A DNA stretch of 64,000 bases. Source: Camelus dromedarius (taxonomy: Eukaryota). Position 1 is the stretch's first letter. Each line of letters begins with the position of its first letter. The stretch lies in NCBI RefSeq assembly GCF_036321535.1, contig NC_087436.1, positions 5,952,001 to 6,016,000 of the forward strand. Direction: 5' to 3'. A model generated the notes under the pieces. It saw only the letters and a program-made list of their open reading frames with translations. It was not told the origin of the DNA and made no database searches. Positions 23,497 to 34,676 of this stretch are shown in pieces. Both the position numbers and the translations under genes were made by a program.

Positions 23497-25442
23497 ACCA
23501 TTTACTTTAAATGTTAGTTTGGTTCACTTGACCTTAAGTCATACTACAAATAAAGCGTGGCATGGAAACCGATTCCAGATGCCCAAAGATCACTCTAGAT
23601 GGCCTTTTTTTTTTTTTTTTTTACCTATTTATCTACATGGTGTTGGTTCTGCACTAGTCATATTAATAAATGAAAGAAAGAAAATGCTTGATATACTGAA
23701 AGGACTTAGTTTGTCTTTCTGTCTCAGCTGAGGTCTTAATAATTCATATCTCCCAATTATAAAGGAGAAGATAGTCTCATTTCCTCATCTTTGTATTCAG
23801 TTTTCACCTAGTTTATATTTCAGGATGCTGGAGGATATTCCTTACTGAATCCCTGCCAATCTCAGAGCTTCTGCCTTTGTGGAATATATTACCATGGTGC
23901 TAAGAAGGAGGGTATGAAATGATTGAATAATCAACAACAAAAACCCCCATGGGTATAATGCTAACTTTCCCATTTCTATAGCTAGAGAGCGCTATGTGGG
24001 GTAGGGGGAAGCCACAGTATTCTACTAGGGAAGTCATAAAAGGAATATAGATTTCATTCCTGTCATCATTGAGTTCATATACAAAAGTCTGAGAAACATA
24101 CTGGAGAGTAAGAAAGACAGTGGAGAGAAGTCAGATCAGAATTATTGCTCCCAATGCCTCATAAAATGAATATAAAGCAACAAATCATAAAAGAGGGGAA
24201 ATCATAGTGATAAGCAAGAAGGAAAGGATACAACTTCATTTCAAAAAAATAAAAAAATAAAGATTTTGATACCCTAAGCCAGCCTCCATACCATGCCCCT
24301 AATACACACTCGTATACACACATACATACAAATGCACAAAAGTACCTCTCTCAGAATTAATACCAAGAAATAAGATGTGTGACTGAGGGACACAGCTTTG
24401 AGAATTTCCATGATCATACTCGAATTTGGAAAGAAGTAGACTAAGAGAAAAAATAGGCACTTTGGGCAAAAATGAAAAAAATAGACAGATGGATAGACAG
24501 ATACTTAGACAGACAGATGGGAAGATAGTGTAGGTGGTTTCACATAAGAGGCAGGATTTCAGCAGAAGCACAACATGTCACATTATGACATTTTCCAGCA
24601 TCCTTACAGAAATGTACTAATGATTAGAAGCCCAAAATTTATTCTCTTCATAAAAAGACATGTCTTAAATCCCGGGAGAGGATATTTGCCAGAATCTTAG
24701 AAGAAAGAATACAAGACCCAGTGGAAATTCTCCCACGCTACACTCAGACTGCAAACACGGGACAAAAGCCCCCTCCACCTGGAGCTCAGAGGGAGGACAA
24801 ATGGTTCCAGTTACATAAGTGGGGAGTTACTTGTTGCAAAGGAAAATGGCTTTCGATACAGAGTAAGTAAGTGGGCTGGGTCCCATGAATAGGAGCAAAG
24901 GGTGAGTGGTTCAGACAGCATCATGGTACCTGTGATAAGGTACCATGTGAAGCTCATAAGAAAGGAAGGAGAGAAGAACTGATAGTAGAGAAGGAGAAAT
25001 GACAGAAGAGAGAAAGCCATGCAGCACCCAAAAAGAAGGAAACGGAATACTTTGTTATCTGCAAAACAGAGTTTATTTTGGAAGAAAACATAATGGGAGG
25101 ATCAGAAGCAAATAACAAAAGACAATACAATTAGAACACAAGTTCAATGATGTAAGAACACCAGGATGAGATTATGAAGTTTTATTATCTCAAAAGGGGG
25201 AACTGAGGACATTTTTAAAAGAGAATCAAAACAGCTGTTTGAAAGAACGACATGGCAGTCCAAGCACAGAAGTAACGGGAATGAAATCTCCCTGATCACC
25301 AGCCCCAAGAAGGACGTTTGCTGATCAGAGTGAACACGGAAGAGGGAGACAAAGACAAGGCAAATCCAAATCCACAGCTTTGATCTTATGGAGAAAGAGA
25401 TTCTATGTCCTCAGCAAAAGGGACGGAAATACTTACATTGGC

Positions 25443-25763
25443 TGAAACAAATCGACTGCCAGATGTGTCTCCAGCCAAGGTGGGTTTATTTGAGATCAGC
25501 AGAGAACTGCAATTCAGGGTCTGCGACGATGGTGACCCATGTGCAAGTCCCCTCATGGCAGGAGGAGAACACTTTTGTAGTCAGGACGGCTGTGGTCAAC
25601 TCAGACAAAGAGCCCATGACTTTTCATTGGCCGAGTCCTTGCCAGGAAAGAAGAGGGCTCTTTCTTCTTCCTGTTGGGTGCCATTGTCCTTCCAGAGTGT
25701 GAGAGCTCCCCTCGGATCTCCTGACTCTACTTAATTGAGGTTCCTGTCTATTAATTTTTTACA
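25443..25763 (-). mobile_element. Probable ERV1-type solo LTR
   Basis: tttatt near the left end, cattggc CCAAT-box motif, ends ttttaca; left edge uncertain. Confidence 0.5.
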
Positions 25764-26539
25764 CTGAACATCTTAGAAGACCCCAAGTATGCTTGGATTT
25801 CAGAATACGTTTGTATCTCCATTTTTAAAATACAAAGCTTTCCTGACCTCTCTTATTGCATTGCACCCTCAAAATGGTCACATAGGGTAGAAGGTCTAAC
25901 TTTTCCTCTGTTTAATAGGGAACTACACTCAGGCACAGAGAAGCCGACTTGCCCATGATCCAGGGTCAAGGAAGTTGAAGAGAAAAGCAATGACTTAGAT
26001 GTCCTTGACTTGGAGCTCACACCCCGACTTTGTTCTGGATCACTGACTGCAGCGGGCCAGTTGAGGGGAAGAACACAGCGTGGGCAACGGTAAGTGTGAA
26101 ATCTTGAAGGCAGGGAGCGGTATGGTTATTGAACCCCCCATCTTTCAATACCTTCTCCCTCTCTCCCAAATCATAACTGATCATAAGCAGCTTCACATAC
26201 TTTATTTCAAAGGACATCTTCAGAAGTAACTGAAAATAACTGAAATTGGATGAAATGCAGCAGTGGGTCCCTGTAGGGATCAGTTACACATAAGCAGCCT
26301 TATTAGAGCTGTAAATGCTTATAGAGGACCTCAGAGCAGAAGAGCTGACAGGGCAGTGCAGGTGTACACAGTTACTACCAATCTTTAGGGCGATTTAAAT
26401 TTGGAACATAATTTAAAGTAATTGATGGGAAAATTCAGGCTTCTGAGGATCTCCCAACCAAGTGATGATGGAAGAAGCTGAGTGCAGTGAGAGATTGAAA
26501 CGCCTACTTGGTGCTGTGCTCTGTTGGTCCAGTTTGCTT

Positions 26540-26778
26540 TTTCTCTTCTGTCTCCTGTTTCTCTCTGTCTCTCTGTCCATCTCTGTGCCTCTCTGTCTCT
26601 CTGTCTCTGCCTCCCTCTGTATCTCTGTCTCCTTCTGTCTCTGTCTCTATTTCACTGGCTCTGTCTCTCTCTGTATCTCTGTCTCTGCCTCCATCTCTCT
26701 GTCTCTGTGTCTCTGTCTCTCTCTGTATCTCTGTCTCTGTCTCCATTTCTCTCTCTGTTTGTCTCTGTCTGTCTCTCC
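26540..26778. repeat. (TCTCTG)n degenerate microsatellite
   Basis: Seen directly; explains four overlapping low-complexity ORFs. Confidence 0.95.
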
Positions 26779-27811
26779 CCCTTTCCTTCTTCCCATCAGA
26801 AACTATCCAGTGCTGTCTGTGACTCCCTGGCGTGCCCCCCACTGGCCTTCCTCCTTTGAAAGGATTCCATATCTGTTCACACAATTTCCTGATTTATATC
26901 ACTCCACATTTGTTCTTCCTCCTGGTGTTTTATAACCCAGTTTCATTAATGTGACTAAGAGAATATTCGCCAATACATTTCTCAAAGCAAAAATGCTCTC
27001 AATAAAATTAATTCTGTAAAGAGAGAAAAATAAGAGGCATGGCTTATTTGAGGTTGACGGGGCAAAAGTTATGATTATAAAAATGCCTAGAATGATAATT
27101 CCCATTTTCGCTTTCTAAGTCCAGAAACCTTATTTTAGCATGATACAGGTTAACTCCTACCACCCCCAGGATAGAAAATAAAGTTTTCATCAGTGAGTCA
27201 ATGCATTTTGTATTGACATTAAAATGCCACATAACTACCAGCATCGATTCTAACGGCTTCAAAGGCAGAAGTAAGTAGCTCCATAAACAAGAATAATGTC
27301 TAGGAAAAGCTAATTTATTCTCAAATTGAATTCACATACTGAGTGAACCGACTGTGACTTTTATGTCTGCATTAGAGACAAAATTACCTTAGACTAAATT
27401 ATTTGAAAATCACTCTGCCCAGAACCTAGTTAAATTTGGCTTTTAAATTGTAGAAGACTGAAAATATGTGAGGTCTGTGTGATCGCAGTCAAAATATTAA
27501 CGCTCTAGGATACAGTTTTCTCATCGATAAGATGAATGCAAGATAGACTAAAACAAGCATCTGTAGTGCGAACAATGAATCTTTTGTTAAGAAACTCTAT
27601 GTGGGCTCCAGCCTTGAAGAGAGCTCTGCATGGCTCAGCATTGCACAGGAAATTGTCTGGAGGTTCCTGTGTTCATTGTTCTGGAGAGGATCGATGCATT
27701 TTATCAGACTGTGTAAAGCATATTATATGTTTCTTTGCCTCTCTAATATTCTATTAATACTGTGATGATCTGTCAGATGTTTACTAACTTGAGTGCATAA
27801 GAATAATCTAC

Positions 27812-28439
27812 TGAGCCAGCAATTCCACTCTGAGGTATATATCCAGGGAAAACTCTAACTTGAGAAAATCCATGCACCCCAATGTTCACAGCAGCACCAT
27901 TTACAATTGCCAAGTCATGGAAGCAACCTAAATGTTGACAGATGAACAGATAAAGAAGATGTGGTATGTGTGTGTATATATATATTTATATATATACCTA
28001 CCTCCATATATATATATATATATAAAATATATATATATATATAATATATATATATATATATAAAATCCATATATATATATAAAATCGAATACTACTCAGC
28101 CATGAAAAATAAAATAATACCATTTGCAGCAACCTAAATGGACCTACAGAATATCATACTAAGTGAAGCAGATCAGAGAGAAAGACAAATATCTTGTACA
28201 TGGAATCTAAAAAGTGACACAAATAAACTTATTTACAGAACAGAAAGAGACTCACAGACATAGAAAACAAACTTCTGGTTACCATGGGGGAAAGGGAAGT
28301 AGGGAAGGGATAAATTAGGAGTTTGGGATTAACAGATACACACTAGTAAATATAAAATAGACCAGCAACAAGGTTCTACTGTACAGCACAGGGAACTATA
28401 TTCAATATCTTGCAATAGCCTATTATGGAAAATAATCTG

Positions 28440-28481
<42 letters not shown>

Positions 28482-28560
28482 TAAATTTGTACACCTAAAA
28501 CTAACACAACATTGTAAATCAACTCTACTTCAATAAAAAAATAATAAAATAACTCTAAAA
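27812..28560 (+). mobile_element. L1 3' end with internal (TA)n and (TA)n(CA)n expansions
   Basis: gcaattccactc..tgcaccccaatgttcacagcagc..aagcaacctaaatg through the 3' UTR and A tail. Confidence 0.92.
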
Positions 28561-28959
28561 ACAATCAAGTCTCCATGGAATCAAAGCCATTACTTTTAAA
28601 ACTTCTTTATTCCACTGTGATCTCTTCTATGAAGTCCCCCCCCCCTTTGAAGGCAATGAAGTACCCTGGGGAATTTTCAGGGGGCCAGAGACAACATTGG
28701 TTGTATTTCTAATGATTGCAGATGAGAAATGGAAATATTCACTTTGTCCAGATGATGGTGTTACCACAAGATAAGGAAAATGACTGTGACACAACCGAAA
28801 ATTTATCTAATTCACTTCTTAAGCCTCCTGCAGGGAGGGAAAACGAGGAATTTATCAAACCATAAATGTTCGCAGAAAGCCCTTTATATTAAGATGTAGT
28901 GAATCAGGACGTTCCCTTTGAAATACATAAATCAATAAATGGCTGGCCTCCAACCACAG

Positions 28960-29415
28960 GCCTGGAAACTAATCATATATCAAATAAAGACCAAATCTGG
29001 ACTGAGTCAAGGGAGGCTTAATTTGAAAGGATAGTTGTAAGGCGGGGGAAAAAAGGGTTCTGGCAACAGGGAGGATAACTATTTCAGGAGAGAGAAAGCT
29101 TGAGCGGCCGCTGGGCTAGCACCACAGCAGGACGCGGGCCGTGGGCAGAGAGCCTGGGGCCTTAGGGTAGTTGAGTTAATACGCATTCTGTTCTAAAGGA
29201 TCAGCGGGGACAGCAGTTCATCTAATTATATATGAGGCAGAAAACAGGAATCGGGAGGGTCTAAGGTAGACAACAGCCACCCTTGAGTTTTATCTGAATT
29301 ATGCAGAGAAGAACTGTTGTTTGTAGGACGCTGTTCCTTACGATACGAAAGGCTGGTGGGATTTCTTACCCCTCCCCTGTCCCCACGTTCAGGGGGCTAT
29401 GGTACAAGTTAACAC
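28960..29415 (-). mobile_element. Possible old LTR
   Basis: LTR-like composition ending gttaaca; no TSD found. Confidence 0.3.
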
Positions 29416-30804
29416 TGTTATGCATTTATCAAATGTCACCGTAACATACCACCTGCATCTGGTGTTTCTACCTTTCTCTGCATCCTTCATAGAGAGGAAC
29501 CGATTCCTCTTTGATCTCTTGGGGTTTGAGTGGGGTAGTGGAATGACAGATCTAGATGAGATAACTAAGTGTGGCATTGAAAGAGCCTTGCTCACCTGTG
29601 AGGATTCAGAAGGAAACACACAGAGGCACATGTCACCCCTTCACTGAAACACGCTTGGTCACAGCCACCCAGAACAGAAATGGTTTCAGCTAGAGGACGC
29701 GGTGGACAAAGATGACCCTGAACGATTAGTTGAATTCAGAGAAAGGTGCTTTCTTTTCCCTGTGAAATGAATTGATACAGCTTATCATGTTCTAAGCATC
29801 TCGATACAGCATCACTGTGCTGTTTGCCGGGTTGCCCAGGCATCATTCAGACCTAATTTTAAATCTCCAGGAGTAACCACTCTTCTGCGATTTTCAAAGT
29901 TTACATCTGACTTAATGCTTCTAAATCAAATTCAGCAATTCAGGGAAATAGATTATTAAATGTTTCCATGTAATAAACACTCTAAATCCAATCATCGTCT
30001 CAAATACGTCTCTGTACTTTCTCCTACTCCCTTTGCTGAACGTCTTCATCATTTGAAACATAAATTACACACGCAGGGGTGTACTTGGACCGTTTCCACA
30101 AACTGCATACCATGTGTCCGTGCTCCAGGCTGGCTGCTTCTGCTGCTCCAGGGAAGATCTGATCAACTGCAGACTAGAGACCGACCTTCATCTGCTGGTG
30201 GAGATGGGGTTCCTCCCTTAGACCTTCAGAGAGAGCCATGGACGTTTATAAGGGAGGCAAGGAAAGAGGGACTGAAGTCAGCTTCACCAGCCCAGACCAG
30301 GGGGAATGCAGCTCTTCCTAAGTCAGGACTAAGCACATATTTGCCTCAAGCCTGGTGCTTCTAGAATGTTCCGTAATCGTCATGGCTGGGAAAAACACAC
30401 AGGTATTCCAACAGCTGGTGCTAAATAGTAAGAGACATAAAACAATGAAAGCTGTTTTCACGGGTGTCATATGGAAAGGTTATCATCTTAATCATCACTA
30501 TTTATATAGTCACACATTTAAAAAAAATATTCTCTATGACTAGCTTTAAATTTTAAGCTCCTCTTTTGTAATGAATTTTCCTAATCCATTGTGTTCCAGC
30601 TATTACCTTTCAACCTGATTTTAGCTTAAGAAAATATTGAGAAAAGTGGGAATATACATAGATTACAATGTGACATACCGCAGAAGCACAGCCTTAGAGT
30701 TTGACCAGGTTTTATGATATAATGAGGTGATATAATAATCTTACACATATTGTCACATAGTTAAAGTATCTTTTTTTTTCTCTTTAGTTTATGATCATTC
30801 TCTA

Positions 30805-31335
30805 TTTTTTATTTATTTATTTTTCATTGAAGAAGTGTTGGTTTACAATGTTGTGTTAGTTTCTGGTGTACAGCATAGTGATTCAGTTTTACTTACATAT
30901 ATATTATTTTTCATATTCTTTTTCATTATAGGTTATTACAATAAACTGAGTGTAGTTCCCTGTGCTGTACAGTAGGTCCTTGTTGTTTATCTATTTTATA
31001 TATAGCAGTTTGTATCTGCTAATCCTGAACTGCTAATTTATCTCTCCACCCTGCCTTTTCTCTTCGATAATCATAAATTTGTTTTCTATGTCTGTATATT
31101 TCTGTTTTGTAAAAAAGTTCATTGTTTTAGATTCTACATACAAGTGATATTGTTTGATATTTGTCTTTCTCTGTCTTACTTTCTCTGACTTACTGCATTC
31201 AGTCAGATAATCTCCAGGTCCATCCATGTTGATGCAAATGGTATTATTTTATTACTTTTTTATGGCTGAGTAATATTCCATTGTACAAATATACTGTAAC
31301 TTCTTTATACAGTCATCTGTCTACTGACATTGGAC
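30805..31335 (-). mobile_element. L1 3' end
   Basis: T-rich tail then antisense L1 3' UTR (gttccctgtgctgtacagtagg..tccatccatgttgatgcaaatgg). Confidence 0.92.
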
Positions 31336-31609
31336 ATTTGTTAAACTTCTCTCAATATGAGATTTTATGGGAAAAATATGTCATTTACATTAACTTTAAT
31401 ATTTGTGTGTTAAAACATGGGAAAAAAATCTCCAGTCAGTTTCAAATTCTCCAAAAGGAGAGTATTATTAAATTTTGAGACATTTACTTCAAATATAAAC
31501 TATCACTACATGTATGTGTCAAGCAGAGAAGTACATCATCAAGCATTAATTTCATCAAACATTAATAGTTTAAATTACATTAGGAATGCAAGATCTGTTT
31601 GAACTGTGG

Positions 31610-32165
31610 TCTGATCCACCATCATCTCGTATCAGGATTATTGTGACGACCTCTGGTTCTCTGTCTGCTGCTACCTGTGCCCACCCTTCAGCCTGTCCTC
31701 CTCAGAGCAAACTGAAATGACCCTGTCAATAGCTGTCAGATTATGTTGACCTGTGTTCAGAACCTCTCCTGGCTTTCTATCCTTCCCAAAGTAAAGCCAA
31801 GTCTGTAACCATGGCCACCAAGGCTCTTCCCAGTCTGGCTACTCCTGAGCTGTCCGACCTCTTCTCCTGCTGCTCTCAGTTATCACCATCTCTGGTCCAG
31901 GCACCTGGCCTTGCTGTTCCCGGTCGGTCTGGCTAGTTCTTCCCTGTGCCTAGAACGCAATCCCCCCTCTACACCATATGCATTTCTTCTCCACTCTCCT
32001 TGTTTTGTTTTTCTCCATAGCACTTGGCACCATCGGGTGTGCTAGAAATCCGAGTAGTTCCCTGATTTATTGTCTCTGTTCCTCCACTGAAATATTGGAT
32101 CTCTGAGGACAGAAATTATTCTATTTATGAACTGAAAACTATTTTTACATCTAAGGAATGAATTA
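31610..32165 (+). mobile_element. LINE-2 3' fragment
   Basis: ccaccatcatctcg..ggattattg..tttttctccatagcactt..ttgtctctgttcctccact..gaatgaat. Confidence 0.7.
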
Positions 32166-32527
32166 CAAGCCCAGACCAGCCAAGGAAGGACATAGTAAAC
32201 TTTGCATATACTATTCAAAAAGCCATATAAATACCACAGAAATGAATGTGTCATCCCTCTTACGTGTCCTCACGATCTTTTTCATGCCTCTCTTATCATG
32301 GTCAGTGAATTCATTATAGCAGCTGCGTTCCTAGTTATCTTTCTTGTGGAAATAAGAGGTCTCTTAGCAGTCATGCTTTGTTCACATTTGTGTGGTCATA
32401 TCCTGGCATAGAACTTGGTATTCAACAAGTAAAACACATGGATGTTGATCCCTCTTTTATGATTTTATTTACTTTTACTCTTGGGGAAGAAGAAGGCATT
32501 AAAAAGTAAATGTTAGAAATTCCCCAC

Positions 32528-32990
32528 TATCACTGAGCCCAAACTCATTCTGCTTGCAATAAATTGGGATATGAGGTGCTGGGGCAAAGAATAATGACTT
32601 TATTCTGAAAACTAGCAGACTGAGAAGATGGGGGACCCATGTCCTAGAGAATCATCTTCCTCAAGTCAGAATTCAAGTTCCTTTTATAATAAAAGGGGAG
32701 GGGTTATGGTTGGTTGTTGCAAACTTCTTGGTGTCGGAATCCTTTGTTCTTGCAGCCGTCCATGTGGGTCAGGTAGTGGTGTCCTTATAAACCTCTAACA
32801 GGACAAATGTTATTCTCTGTTCTGCAACTTTTTATCTCTATATGAATGGAAAAGTGTTGCACCCTTAAAGGTCAGAGCCTTGAGGATGGGGTCTCCTGTG
32901 TATTTCAGGCTCTAGGCAACATTCTTTTACAAAAGGTGCAGAACCAGCATGACTGAGCCCAGGAAACAAGCCCAGGGTTAAAGGAGGAAA
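32528..32990 (-). mobile_element. ERV1-type LTR, same family as 34163-34676
   Basis: Long colinear similarity to 34163-34620 (ttaaaggtcagagccttgag..gcagaaccagcatgactgagcccaggaaaca); right end diverges. Confidence 0.8.
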
Positions 32991-34162
32991 ATCTAGTCTG
33001 TGGGACATTTGCGTAGAGGTTTGCATCAGCTGAGTTTGCTGACACAAGAAAATCAGGTCCAGGACTGAACACTGGGAGGTGACCACATGCAAACTGAGGT
33101 GCTGGAAAGAACTGAGGGGAGCTGTGCATTGGGAAGGGGTACTGCAGAGTAGAAAAGATGAATTCACAACACCCGAAACGCTAAGAGGTGTAAGTTTTGG
33201 TGAATGTTTCTCAAAGCTTGAGTGACTGAATGGTCTGGGTTTGAATAAGACTGTCACTTTGATTTTTGTTTGTTTGGGTTTGTTTTTGCATACTAATTAG
33301 CTCTGTTTTGAAATTTCTGCTTTCCTAAGAGGTAAGCTAACACTCTTTTTTTTTGTTTGACTGCTACTTTGTTTGGGAAGAGGCTCAAGGGACATCAAAA
33401 GCTTGCTTTAAGAAATCATTTTATTCATTAGGATCGTATACACCTTATTTTGATCTATAACATTTTTTCACATTAAACATTTAGCCAGTGACCTTGAAAC
33501 GAGGCCAAATTCCAACTCAAATGTCAGCAGAAAGAAATGCCAGTTTTTAATGAAAACTTTGCTTATGAATTTTAAATGTGAGAATGACATTCTTTGGATT
33601 TTAAAAATATTCCATTCACTCTCACCTTTATTATTACCATAACCTTTAATATTTCAGACAAAGACTTTTCAGGTGTTCAAATTACTTAATCCAGACAGAG
33701 ACCTTATGAATATTGATCGTTAAGATTTTACCATTTGCCAAAACTAAAGTGATTTCTAGAACTAATTCTATGACAGGGAACAAAACATCCAGGTGCACTC
33801 TGTGTTCTTTTATCACATGCTCTCTTTTGGAATTAATTTTTTTTCAATGTTGTTTTATTAAAAGTCAGAACTATTAATGTGGTGCTATAGGGACTGAATT
33901 TGGTTTGGGGACAAGAAATCTAGTTTAAAAATTTTATTTTAAGTTGATAGGAGTAAAAGAATAGAAAGAAGAACCTTAATCACAAAGTTCTCATAGAGGT
34001 GTGAAATAAAGTGATGTGGCCACAACTGCCTTAGAATTAGAATTTATTATAATTAATTAATTAGACTTTTCTCTTGATTATGTTATAAAAGAGTCATTGC
34101 ATGGTATCCCTTTCCAAATCCCTTTCTCTGTCCCTGCTAAAATATGAAGAGTCGAGTATTAC

Positions 34163-34676
34163 TGTTACCGAGTCCAAACTCGTTCTGCTTGCTGCACAAC
34201 AGGCCAATGAATCAGCAGATGAGGTGTTGGGGCAAGGAATAGTGACTTTACTCAGAAAGCCAGTAGACTGAAAAGATGGGGGACTCATGTCCTGGAGAAC
34301 CATCTTCCCCAAGTCAGAATTTGGGCTCCTTTTATACTAACAGGGTGAGGTGTGGTCAGTTGTTGAAACTTCTTGGTGTCAGAATCCTCTGTTCTTGCCG
34401 TTGTCCACCAAGGGCAGGTCGTGGTGTCCTTGTAAACCTCCAATGAGGCAAGTGTTATTTTTTATTCTGTAAATTTTTATCTTTACATGAATGGGAAAGT
34501 GTCAGCACCTTAAAGGTCAGAGCCTTGAGAATGGGCTCTCCTGTCTATTTCAGGCTCCAGGCAACATCCTTTTACCAAAGATGCAGAACCAGCATGACTG
34601 AGCCCAGGAAACAGCACAGAGTTAGAGCTAAAGGAACAGATCTCATATGGAGTCTGATTTGTTCTTCCCTGTTACA
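34163..34676 (-). mobile_element. ERV1-type solo LTR
   Basis: TGTTAC...GTTACA termini; 4-bp TSD TTAC at 34159-34162 and 34677-34680. Confidence 0.88.

Noticed and set aside
26462..26935. ORFs of 104-157 aa, hydrophobic or charge-repeat
   Set aside because: Translations of the (TCTCTG)n microsatellite
29585..29630. Recursive-splice-like pyrimidine tract plus CAG|GTGAGC on the minus strand
   Set aside because: Similar motifs occur inside an LTR (about 4625) and near 36885, and no host transcript is established
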